Below, piece by piece: positions 56,776 to 64,000 of a stretch of 64,000 nt of DNA. The notes beneath the pieces are model-generated. The model did no database searches. It worked only from the letters and a program-made list of their open reading frames with translations, and was not told where the DNA came from. The position numbers were made by a program, and so were the translations under genes. Position 1 is the stretch's first letter. Every line of letters begins with the position of its first letter. The stretch is from Verrucomicrobiota bacterium (lineage in GTDB: Bacteria; Verrucomicrobiota; Verrucomicrobiia; Opitutales; UBA953): positions 58,609-122,608 of the forward strand of contig JAURFU010000002.1 in the NCBI GenBank assembly GCA_030834165.1. The letters are read 5' to 3'.

Positions 56776-57942
56776 ATGTTCGGCGGCAGATGTCCCTTCG
56801 GCCACAAGCCTTCCGACCCCTTCAAGGAGAAGCGGGAAGCCTCGACCGTCGCGCGCTTCCGTTTCCAAGGCGAAGCCATCCCGATGATCCTGCGGCACGC
56901 CGACGTACGCCAGGCGGCCAAGGACTGGCGGACCTACAGCTCCGACGCCCCGTTCCGCGTGCCGATCCCTTCCGAGGAAGAAGCCCGCTCGATGCGCCAG
57001 CTGCCGATCGAGACCGATCCGCCCGAACACACGGAGTATCGCGCGATCGTCGAACCCTTCTTCAACCGCCCGAAGCATCCCGCGATGATCGCGCAGGTGG
57101 AGCGTCTCATCGACGGACTCGTCCGCGACGCGCTCACCCGGGATTCCGTCGAAGTCGTGCACGGCCTCGCCCTGCCCCTCCAGGCCCGGGCGCTGACCTA
57201 CCTGCTCGACACGGATGAGAGCGAGGCCGACACCTGGATCGGCTGGGGCATCCACGTCTTCCGCGTCCGCGGCGGCCTGAAGAAAGGCGTCGAACTGGAG
57301 AACTACCTGCAGGCGAAGTTCGACGCGGCGGGCCGCGCCCCGGGCGCTGATTTCTTCAGCGCGCTCTCCCAGGCGAAGTTCCGCGGGCGCCCCCTCACCC
57401 GCGAGGAGATGATGGGCTTCGCCAACCTCGCGTTCGCCGGCGGGCGGGACACGGTCATCCATACCGTCGCCTGCGCCCTCGGACACCTGGCCGCCAACCC
57501 CGAGGCGCTCGCCTACCTGCGCGAAGATCCGAAACGCATCACGCTCGCGGGCGAGGAGTTCTTCCGGTTCTTCATGCCGCTGACGCATATCGGCCGCGTC
57601 TGCCCGGTCACGACCTCCGTCCACGGCGAGACGGTGCCGGCCGGCGGACGCGTCTCGCTGGGCTGGGCTTCGGCCAACCGCGACGAGTCCGTCTTCCCCG
57701 AAGCCGACGTCTTCAAGATCGACCGTAAGCCGAATCCCCACCTTTCCTTCGGCTTCGGCGAACACCTCTGCCTCGGCGCCCCGCACGCCCGCCTCCTGCT
57801 CCGCACGCTGCTCCAGAAATGCGTCGAACTCGTCGGCTCCCTTGAGATCGTCTCGGCCGAGGAGCGCACGGAAGTCGAGCACGACTTCGAACGCAAGCTA
57901 GGGTACGAATCGCTCGTCCTTCGCTTCAGTCCTCGGGCCTGA
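56776..57942 (+). CDS. Cytochrome P450 (soluble, no signal peptide)
   Basis: It has the heme-thiolate loop FGFGEHLCLGAPHARL, the I-helix AFAGGRDTV, the E-x-x-R motif in GEEFFRF and the N-terminal block DPPEHTEYRAIVEPFF. It lies 3 nt after the sulfatase stop. Confidence 0.9.
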   Translation: MFGGRCPFGHKPSDPFKEKREASTVARFRFQGEAIPMILRHADVRQAAKDWRTYSSDAPFRVPIPSEEEARSMRQLPIETDPPEHTEYRAIVEPFFNRPKHPAMIAQVERLIDGLVRDALTRDSVEVVHGLALPLQARALTYLLDTDESEADTWIGWGIHVFRVRGGLKKGVELENYLQAKFDAAGRAPGADFFSALSQAKFRGRPLTREEMMGFANLAFAGGRDTVIHTVACALGHLAANPEALAYLREDPKRITLAGEEFFRFFMPLTHIGRVCPVTTSVHGETVPAGGRVSLGWASANRDESVFPEADVFKIDRKPNPHLSFGFGEHLCLGAPHARLLLRTLLQKCVELVGSLEIVSAEERTEVEHDFERKLGYESLVLRFSPRA

Positions 57943-58027
57943 TGGCGGTTGCCAGCCCGTCGGGGCGTAACTAGGCATCATTCACCCCAACCTTCGCGGC
58001 TTCGCGGGGTTCCACCCTTCACACCCC

Positions 58028-60118
58028 ATGCTCGCGTTCAGCCTGACCATCTTCTGGGGAGCTTGCCTGCTCTTCCTCGTCCAGCCGCTGATCGCGCGCT
58101 TCATCCTGCCGTGGTTCGGCGGCGGCCCCGCCGTCTGGACGACGTGCATGCTCTTCTTCCAGGTGCTGCTGCTGGGCGGCTACGCCTACGCCCACTTCAG
58201 CATCAGCCGCCTGTCGCCGCGTCGTCAGGTCATCACGCACCTCAGCCTGCTCGCCCTGGCCGTGCTGCTGCTTCCGATCACGCCGGGCGACCAATGGAAA
58301 CCGACCGACGGCTCCCACGCCGCGGGCCACATCCTGCTCCTGCTCCTGGCCTGCCTCGGCCTGCCTTACCTCGTCCTCGCCGCGACCGGCCCCCTGCTCC
58401 AGGCCTGGTTCAGCAAAGCCAACCCGGGCGCCTCGCCCTACCGTCTCTACGCGCTCTCCAACATCGGCTCGCTCCTCGCCTTGCTGGCCTACCCCTTCGT
58501 GCTCGAACCCCAGCTTTCCCGTCAGGATCAGGCCGGATGGTGGTCGCTCGGCCTCGTCATTTACGCCGGCCTGGCCGCCTGGTGCGGGGTCAAGGTCTGG
58601 CGAAGCAGCGGGGCCGAAGCCGTCCGAGCCGCGGACGGAGAAGCGGAACCCGCGCCGACCAAGCTGCGGCAGCTCCTCTGGTTCGGCCTGCCGGCCTGCG
58701 GCGTGATGCTGCTCCTCGCGATCACCAACAAGCTCTGCCAGGACATCGCCGTGGTACCCTTCCTCTGGGTGCTGCCGCTCAGCCTGTACCTGCTGTCCTT
58801 CATCATCAGCTTCGACAGCCCGCGTTGGTATCATCGCGGCTTCTGGCTGCCGCTCCTCGCCGTCCTGCTCGGACTGGTGCTCCAGAACCTCTACCAGGCC
58901 GAGTCCCATCCTGACATCACCCCGCTGGCGACGCTCTACCTCGGCACCATGTTCGTGGCCTGCATGGTCTGCCACGGCGAGGTCTTCCGCCTGCGCCCGG
59001 GCGCCAAGCGACTGACCGGCTACTACCTCTCGATCTCCGCCGGCGGCGCCGTCGGCGGGCTCTTCGTCGCCTTGGTCGCTCCCTTCGTCTTCCCGGATTA
59101 CTTCGAGCTTCAGCTGGCGCTCTTCCTGACCGCAGGGCTCGTGCTGGCCGTGCTGCGGCTCGACCCGACCTGCTTCCTGCAGCAGGGCCGCGGGCGCTGG
59201 GGCTGGGCCCTCCTCCTGCTCCTCCTCCCCGGCTTCGCCTACGGCCTCTTCGACGTCGCGGCCACCTCGCTGCGCGGCTCGCTGAGCGTCACCCGCGGCT
59301 TCTACGGCGTGCTCAAGGTCAACGAGAACGACGCCGGCAACCCGGAGCTCCACCATCTCACCCTGCAGCACGGCGCCACGATCCACGGCCTCCAATACGT
59401 CGACCCGGAGAAACGCACCTTCCCGAGCAGCTACTACACGTCGACCAGCGGCATCGGCCGCCTGCTTCGCGCCCATAAGCCAGGCGGCGGACGAAAGGTC
59501 GGCGCCATCGGGCTCGGTTCCGGCACCCTCGCGGCCTGGGGCCGGCCCGGCGACACCTTCCGCTTCTACGAGATCAACGACGACGTGGCGCGGCTCGCGA
59601 CGAGCACGTTCACCTACCTGAAGGAATCAAAGGCCAAGACGGAGCTGGTGATGGGCGACGCGCGTCTCTCGATGGAACGCGAACCCGACCAGCAATACGA
59701 CGTCATCGTCCTCGACGCCTTCAGCAGCGACGCCATCCCCGTGCACCTGCTGACGCTCGAGGCGTTCGGCCATTACCAGCGGCACCTCAAACCCGACGGC
59801 GTCATCGTCGTCCACGTCTCCAACCGCTACCTCGACCTGCACCCGGTGGTCTACCGCATCGCCGACAAGATCGGCTTCCCGGCCATCACCATCGACGACA
59901 ACGACACGGCCTACGAGGACGCGGGCTTCTACGGCTCGGACTGGATCATCATGACGCGCAACGAGGTGCTGCTCCAGCAGCCCCTCCTGCGCGACGTGAC
60001 CCAGGAAGCCGTGGAATTCCCGGCCCGGATCATGTATTGGACCGACGAGCGCAGCGACCTGCTCTCGATCCTGTCCTCGGAAGAAGGCAGCTTCCTCCGT
60101 TGGCTCCAGGGGCTGTGA
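58028..60118 (+). CDS. Polytopic membrane domain fused to a spermidine-synthase-like (SAM-MTase fold) domain
   Basis: The N-terminal ~400 aa are strongly hydrophobic with multiple predicted TM segments. The C-terminal part has VGAIGLGSGTLAAWG, FRFYEINDDV and YDVIVLDAFSSDAIPVHLLT, typical of spermidine/spermine-synthase-like folds. Confidence 0.75.
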   Translation: MLAFSLTIFWGACLLFLVQPLIARFILPWFGGGPAVWTTCMLFFQVLLLGGYAYAHFSISRLSPRRQVITHLSLLALAVLLLPITPGDQWKPTDGSHAAGHILLLLLACLGLPYLVLAATGPLLQAWFSKANPGASPYRLYALSNIGSLLALLAYPFVLEPQLSRQDQAGWWSLGLVIYAGLAAWCGVKVWRSSGAEAVRAADGEAEPAPTKLRQLLWFGLPACGVMLLLAITNKLCQDIAVVPFLWVLPLSLYLLSFIISFDSPRWYHRGFWLPLLAVLLGLVLQNLYQAESHPDITPLATLYLGTMFVACMVCHGEVFRLRPGAKRLTGYYLSISAGGAVGGLFVALVAPFVFPDYFELQLALFLTAGLVLAVLRLDPTCFLQQGRGRWGWALLLLLLPGFAYGLFDVAATSLRGSLSVTRGFYGVLKVNENDAGNPELHHLTLQHGATIHGLQYVDPEKRTFPSSYYTSTSGIGRLLRAHKPGGGRKVGAIGLGSGTLAAWGRPGDTFRFYEINDDVARLATSTFTYLKESKAKTELVMGDARLSMEREPDQQYDVIVLDAFSSDAIPVHLLTLEAFGHYQRHLKPDGVIVVHVSNRYLDLHPVVYRIADKIGFPAITIDDNDTAYEDAGFYGSDWIIMTRNEVLLQQPLLRDVTQEAVEFPARIMYWTDERSDLLSILSSEEGSFLRWLQGL

Positions 60119-60210
60119 CGAAAGATTAAGGATAGACGCTGGAGGGCGGATGATGGACATTCGTCCCGGTAACGAACGAGCCCCGCACCGCAGCCCTCCC
60201 CCACCTCGCC

Positions 60211-62883
60211 ATGCGTCCAGACCGCCTTCTCCTTGCCCTGCTTTGCGGCGCCCTGAGCACCCTGGCGGCGGAGCCGGTGAAGAAGCCGGCGACGCGCGAA
60301 GGGCGCAAGACGATCACCTACGCCCCGCAGCCCTGGGGTCCCTGGGTCGAAGCCGATTTCCCCTTCTTCTCGTCGATCCTCGACGCGCGACGCGAAGGCG
60401 CCGGCAAGGACAACCTCACCCCGCGCGGGCTGATCATCAAGCTGCCGCACGACATGTGGGCCTGCTTCGACACCGACCTGCTCCGGGTCGCCGCGGTGTG
60501 GCGTGGCAAGGGCGTGAGCGACAAGGCGCTCGCGCCGGGCTCCTACCACGACCCAGGCCGCAAGACGCTCGGCGGCCAGTTCCCCGCCCCGCAACCCGAA
60601 GGCAAACTCTGGCTGGGCCATGCGATCATGCCGGGCTGGCAGCTCGGCGCCAAGGTCGACCCCGCCGACCCGCGTTCGCCGGCTCCTTCGCCGGAAGAAG
60701 TGGGCCGAGGTCCGCTCCCGACCGCGCTCGGACGTTTCCAGTCGGTCGAACTCGTCGGCCGGGACGTCGTGCTCTCCTATCGTGTCGCCGACGCCGCCGT
60801 GCGCGAGCTATGGAAGACCTCGGAGCGCGACGGACTCATCGTCGTCGAGCGCCATCTCTCCGTCTCTCCGCACGCCCGTGACCTGCTGCTCGTGGTCGGC
60901 ACCCGCCGCCAAGGCCCGTCGCAGGAACTCGAGACCGGCGTGACCGTCAGCGGACCCGCCGAGGTAGTCGCCGACGAAGACTTCCACGTCATCAAAGTCC
61001 CGGCCAACGCCTCGGCGGCTTCGCTCTGCGTGTCGCTTTGCGACGAACACGCCGCCCCCTCGGTCCCGGCGGTCGCCGTGCCTTCCGGCCCGACCAAGGC
61101 CCGCTGGACTTCCGCGGTGAAGACGCAGGTCACCCTGAGCCCGTCGGGGGACGCCTACGTCGTCGACCATGTCGGCCTGCCGGTCGACAATCCTTGGAAA
61201 CGCGCCGTACGCGCCGGCGACATCCAGTTCCGCAAGGACGGCACCGGCGTCCTCGTCACGCTCGACGGCGACGTCTGGCTGGCGCGCGGCCTGGAGACCG
61301 GCTCCGCGGAAGTGACTTGGCGTCGCTTCGCTTCCGGCCTGCATGAACCGATGACGTGCGCCCTCCGCGACGACGAGATCTTCGTCTTCGACCGCAACGG
61401 CGTCTGGCATCTCCGCGACGTCGACCAGGACGGCGAAGCCGACGTCCACGAGCTCTTCGCGAACGCCTTCGCCCAGACGGCCGACATGCGCGAGTTCCCC
61501 AGCACCCTCCGCCTCGGCCCCAAGGGCGAATTCGTGATCGCCAAGGGCGGCCAGGAAGCGACGACCATCGGCAAGCACAACGGCAGCGTCCTCCGGATCT
61601 CGGCCGACGGCGCCACGGCGACGGTGCTCGGCTACGGCCTGCGTCAGCCGAACCTCTCGGTGCACCCCCGCACCGGGCTTGTCGTCGCCAGCGACCAGCA
61701 AGGTCATTACGTCCCCAGCACGCCGCTCCACGTCATCAAAGACGCCCAGTTCTACGGCTTCCTCAGCGACAAGCTGCCCAGAGGCCAGTACCCCGCCCCC
61801 ATCGCCGATCCGCTCACCTGGATCCCGCACGCGGTGAACGCCTCCGCCTTGTCGCAGGTCTGGCTGACCGACGCCATGATGGGGCCGCTCAACGACGAGA
61901 TGGTGCAGATCTGCTTCAACAAGCCCGACCTCCTGCGCGTCGTTTGGAATCACCGTGGCTCCCGCCCGCAGGCCGCCGTCGTCAGCGTCGTGAGCGATTT
62001 CCAGACCCCGCCGCTCAACGGCTCGGTGAACCCCGTCGACGGGCAGCTCTACGTGGCGGGCTTCCAGATCGCCGGCTGGGGCAACATCCTCCCGACGCTC
62101 ACCGGGCTCGAACGCGTCCGCCACACCGGCGCCCCCTCGCTGACGCCGCGCGAGATCGCCGTGACGGACCGCGGCGTATTGCTTCGCTTCGACGTCGCCC
62201 TCGACCCGGCCAAGGCGACGAACCCCGAAAATTATTCCTTCGCCACCTGGCATTACAAACGGGCCCACACCTACGGGTCGGCGCAATACAAGGCCGACGG
62301 CAAGACGGGCAACGACTGGCTGACCGCGAGCAGCGCCTACCTCAGCCAGGATGGCCGGAGCGTCTTCATCGGCGTCCCGGGACTCAAGCCCGTCGAACAG
62401 CTCCGGCTCGGCTGGGACCTCGCCTCCGCCGACGGCGCCGAGATGCGCCAGAACGCCTACACGACCCCCTACGAACTCACGAAATTCGACCCGGCCGCCG
62501 AAGGCTTCGGGCCGATCAGCGTGGACCTGACGCCGCGGGTCGCCGTCGTGAAGAAGACGGAGGCCGTCTCGGCCGACGAGGGCAAACGCCTCGCGACGAT
62601 GTTCGGCTGCGTCGCCTGCCACTCCGTCACGGACACCGCGATGACCAACGTCGGCCCCAAGTGGAAAGGCCTCTACGGCTCGAAGCGCGACATCGTCACC
62701 GAACAGGGCAAGAAGGCCTCCGTCTCGGCCGACGAAGCCTACCTGCGCGAGTCCATCCTGGAGCCCAACGCCAAGAAGCACGCCTCCTTCCTGAAGTCCG
62801 AGTTCGCCATGCCCAGTTTCGCCGGCGTGCTGACCGACGCCCAGGTCGATTCGATCATCCTCTACATCCGGACGCTCGAATAA
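60211..62883 (+). CDS. Large secreted protein with C-terminal class I cytochrome c domain
   Basis: It has a signal peptide. The central region has dehydrogenase-propeller-like strands (VLRISADG...GYGLRQPNLSVHPRTGLVVASDQQGHY). CVACH is at 62608-62622 in MFGCVACHSVTD...GPKWKGLYG. Confidence 0.75.
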   Translation: MRPDRLLLALLCGALSTLAAEPVKKPATREGRKTITYAPQPWGPWVEADFPFFSSILDARREGAGKDNLTPRGLIIKLPHDMWACFDTDLLRVAAVWRGKGVSDKALAPGSYHDPGRKTLGGQFPAPQPEGKLWLGHAIMPGWQLGAKVDPADPRSPAPSPEEVGRGPLPTALGRFQSVELVGRDVVLSYRVADAAVRELWKTSERDGLIVVERHLSVSPHARDLLLVVGTRRQGPSQELETGVTVSGPAEVVADEDFHVIKVPANASAASLCVSLCDEHAAPSVPAVAVPSGPTKARWTSAVKTQVTLSPSGDAYVVDHVGLPVDNPWKRAVRAGDIQFRKDGTGVLVTLDGDVWLARGLETGSAEVTWRRFASGLHEPMTCALRDDEIFVFDRNGVWHLRDVDQDGEADVHELFANAFAQTADMREFPSTLRLGPKGEFVIAKGGQEATTIGKHNGSVLRISADGATATVLGYGLRQPNLSVHPRTGLVVASDQQGHYVPSTPLHVIKDAQFYGFLSDKLPRGQYPAPIADPLTWIPHAVNASALSQVWLTDAMMGPLNDEMVQICFNKPDLLRVVWNHRGSRPQAAVVSVVSDFQTPPLNGSVNPVDGQLYVAGFQIAGWGNILPTLTGLERVRHTGAPSLTPREIAVTDRGVLLRFDVALDPAKATNPENYSFATWHYKRAHTYGSAQYKADGKTGNDWLTASSAYLSQDGRSVFIGVPGLKPVEQLRLGWDLASADGAEMRQNAYTTPYELTKFDPAAEGFGPISVDLTPRVAVVKKTEAVSADEGKRLATMFGCVACHSVTDTAMTNVGPKWKGLYGSKRDIVTEQGKKASVSADEAYLRESILEPNAKKHASFLKSEFAMPSFAGVLTDAQVDSIILYIRTLE

Positions 62884-62975
62884 GACGCCCGAAATCGTCG
62901 ACTTGACCGACGGCTGGCCGGCTTCGGAGTGATTTGGCGCTCCCCTTCCGGACCGCGAACACCTAGATGTGAGCC

Positions 62976-64000
62976 ATGCCCCGCGTGCTCACCTTGCTGA
63001 CCTGTATGCTCGTCGCGACGTACACGGCACTGGCCCAGGTCGCCCTGCCGGGAGCCGTGCCGGTCCCGGTCAAGGCCGTTCCGCCGTTCACCCCCGAAGT
63101 GCACACCCCGGTCACCTCGGACTGGACAAGCATGCACTGGGCAGGAGGCCTGCCCATCAAAGGAGGATTTGGCATACGCGTCATCGAGACCGGCAGATAC
63201 TTCTTCGCCCTGGATACGCGGACGCTGTCCGCCGTCGCCTTCGGCCCGCGCCACCCGACCCCCGTCCCCTACCACCCGGAACCAAGTGACTTAGACGGTT
63301 CCTTGCCCGAGCATTTCCGGCTGCGCCGAAGCGTGCCTTGGCAGTCAGAACGACCTGGCCAGCTTTCCCTTGACCTGACGACCGACGGACAGACTTATCA
63401 GGTCAAGCGCGGCAAGCCATGGGACGGCAAGGAGGGGCCACGCCTGATCGCCTCCGGCCGCTACTTGCAGCGCGGTGACGTGCTTGGACTCGAGCTGGAA
63501 AACACCGAGGGCAAAAGCCTCGCGGGCGAGTTCCGGCTTGAGACCGTGGCCTGGCCCGACCGGCTGAACATCATCCTGCACGCGCGCCCCGCACTCCTGC
63601 CCATCCCCGAAGGGGAAGCCTGCTTCGGGTTGAACGGCGGCGGCTTCGGCCTGACAGGCACCAACGATCTCGCCGTGCCGGATAGTCCGGTCTTCGGCGC
63701 GCCGCAGTTCACCTTCGAACTCTGGGCCTACGTGCCCGCGGACGCCTCTTCCGCCACCAAGCTCGACCCGTGGATCGCCTGCCGAGGCGCCAACGAGGAG
63801 ACCCCCGGCGGCTTCGGCTTCACGCTCCAAGGCAAGAGGGTGGCCGGCCGCATCAACCTGACCGGCGGCCGCGCCGGAGCCCGCACGCTGTTCTCTTCGA
63901 CCGACCTCCGCACGGAAGCCTGGAACCACCTCGCCCTGACCTGCGACGGACAGGAACTCGTCCTCTTCTTGAACGGGACGCCCGCCGCACGGATGCCGGC
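62976..64000 (+). CDS. Secreted LamG/concanavalin-like domain protein, N-terminal fragment (3' end outside window)
   Basis: ATG 62976 opens a frame that stays open to the window end, so it is absent from the ORF track. It has the signal peptide MPRVLTLLTCMLVATYTALAQ and a LamG-type pattern FTFELWAYVP...GFGFTLQGKRVAGRINL...EAWNHLALTCDGQELVLFLNG. Confidence 0.75.
   Translation, partial: MPRVLTLLTCMLVATYTALAQVALPGAVPVPVKAVPPFTPEVHTPVTSDWTSMHWAGGLPIKGGFGIRVIETGRYFFALDTRTLSAVAFGPRHPTPVPYHPEPSDLDGSLPEHFRLRRSVPWQSERPGQLSLDLTTDGQTYQVKRGKPWDGKEGPRLIASGRYLQRGDVLGLELENTEGKSLAGEFRLETVAWPDRLNIILHARPALLPIPEGEACFGLNGGGFGLTGTNDLAVPDSPVFGAPQFTFELWAYVPADASSATKLDPWIACRGANEETPGGFGFTLQGKRVAGRINLTGGRAGARTLFSSTDLRTEAWNHLALTCDGQELVLFLNGTPAARMP

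Noticed and set aside
60150-60881. ORF (243 aa) overlapping the start of the cytochrome c protein gene in another frame.
   Set aside because: It is Arg/Pro-rich low complexity. The 60211 frame has a signal peptide and continues uninterrupted for 890 aa to a cytochrome c domain.

Overview
High-GC bacterial DNA; my hand counts on single 60-nt lines are mostly about 65-70% G+C. The gene content points to the PVC superphylum (Verrucomicrobiota or Planctomycetota), which is an inference: PSCyt/DUF1549/DUF1553 + DUF1501 pairs, a DUF1592-family + DUF1552 pair, a Pirellula/Verrucomicrobium-type heme-binding dehydrogenase, and very many sulfatases. The window is almost gap-free. I call 40 protein genes, 39 of them on the + strand, often separated by 1-25 nt or overlapping as ATGA. 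Almost all carry Sec, lipoprotein or Tat signal peptides. Content: 12 Cys-type sulfatases (two fused to extra C-terminal beta-sandwich domains). There are 6 esterase-type hydrolases: 2 SGNH, 1 sialate-O-acetylesterase-like, 3 alpha/beta. There are 3 BNR/sialidase-fold modules and 2 paralogous secreted FAD-dependent oxidoreductases. There are 4 DUF1080/concanavalin-like modules (two fused to enzymes) and 3 two-gene modules of heme-c giant protein + Tat-exported partner. Two more secreted proteins carry a C-terminal cytochrome c site (one a dehydrogenase-like propeller). Single genes include an FG-GAP repeat protein, a lactonase-like lipoprotein, a TauE/SafE permease and a secreted 4x EF-hand protein. 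Others are a cytochrome P450, a sugar-kinase/MurQ-etherase fusion and a membrane/spermidine-synthase-like fusion. I see no rRNA, tRNA, CRISPR, transposase, integrase, regulator or classical glycoside hydrolase. The few intergenic gaps are packed with unusual repeats: a conserved GGGGTCAGACCC hairpin family, a perfect 27-bp inverted repeat, and inverted arrays of 7-8-nt tandem units. The most interesting leads are: (1) the uncharacterised heme-protein/Tat-partner modules; (2) the FAD-oxidoreductase + DUF1080 + cytochrome c content, which hints at a non-hydrolytic (oxidative) glycan-processing route; (3) the kinase-MurQ fusion and the P450 as ether-decoration removers; (4) recurrent Lys-rich C-terminal tails on at least 11 unrelated secreted proteins. 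All functional calls come from motif recognition by eye, not from database searches.
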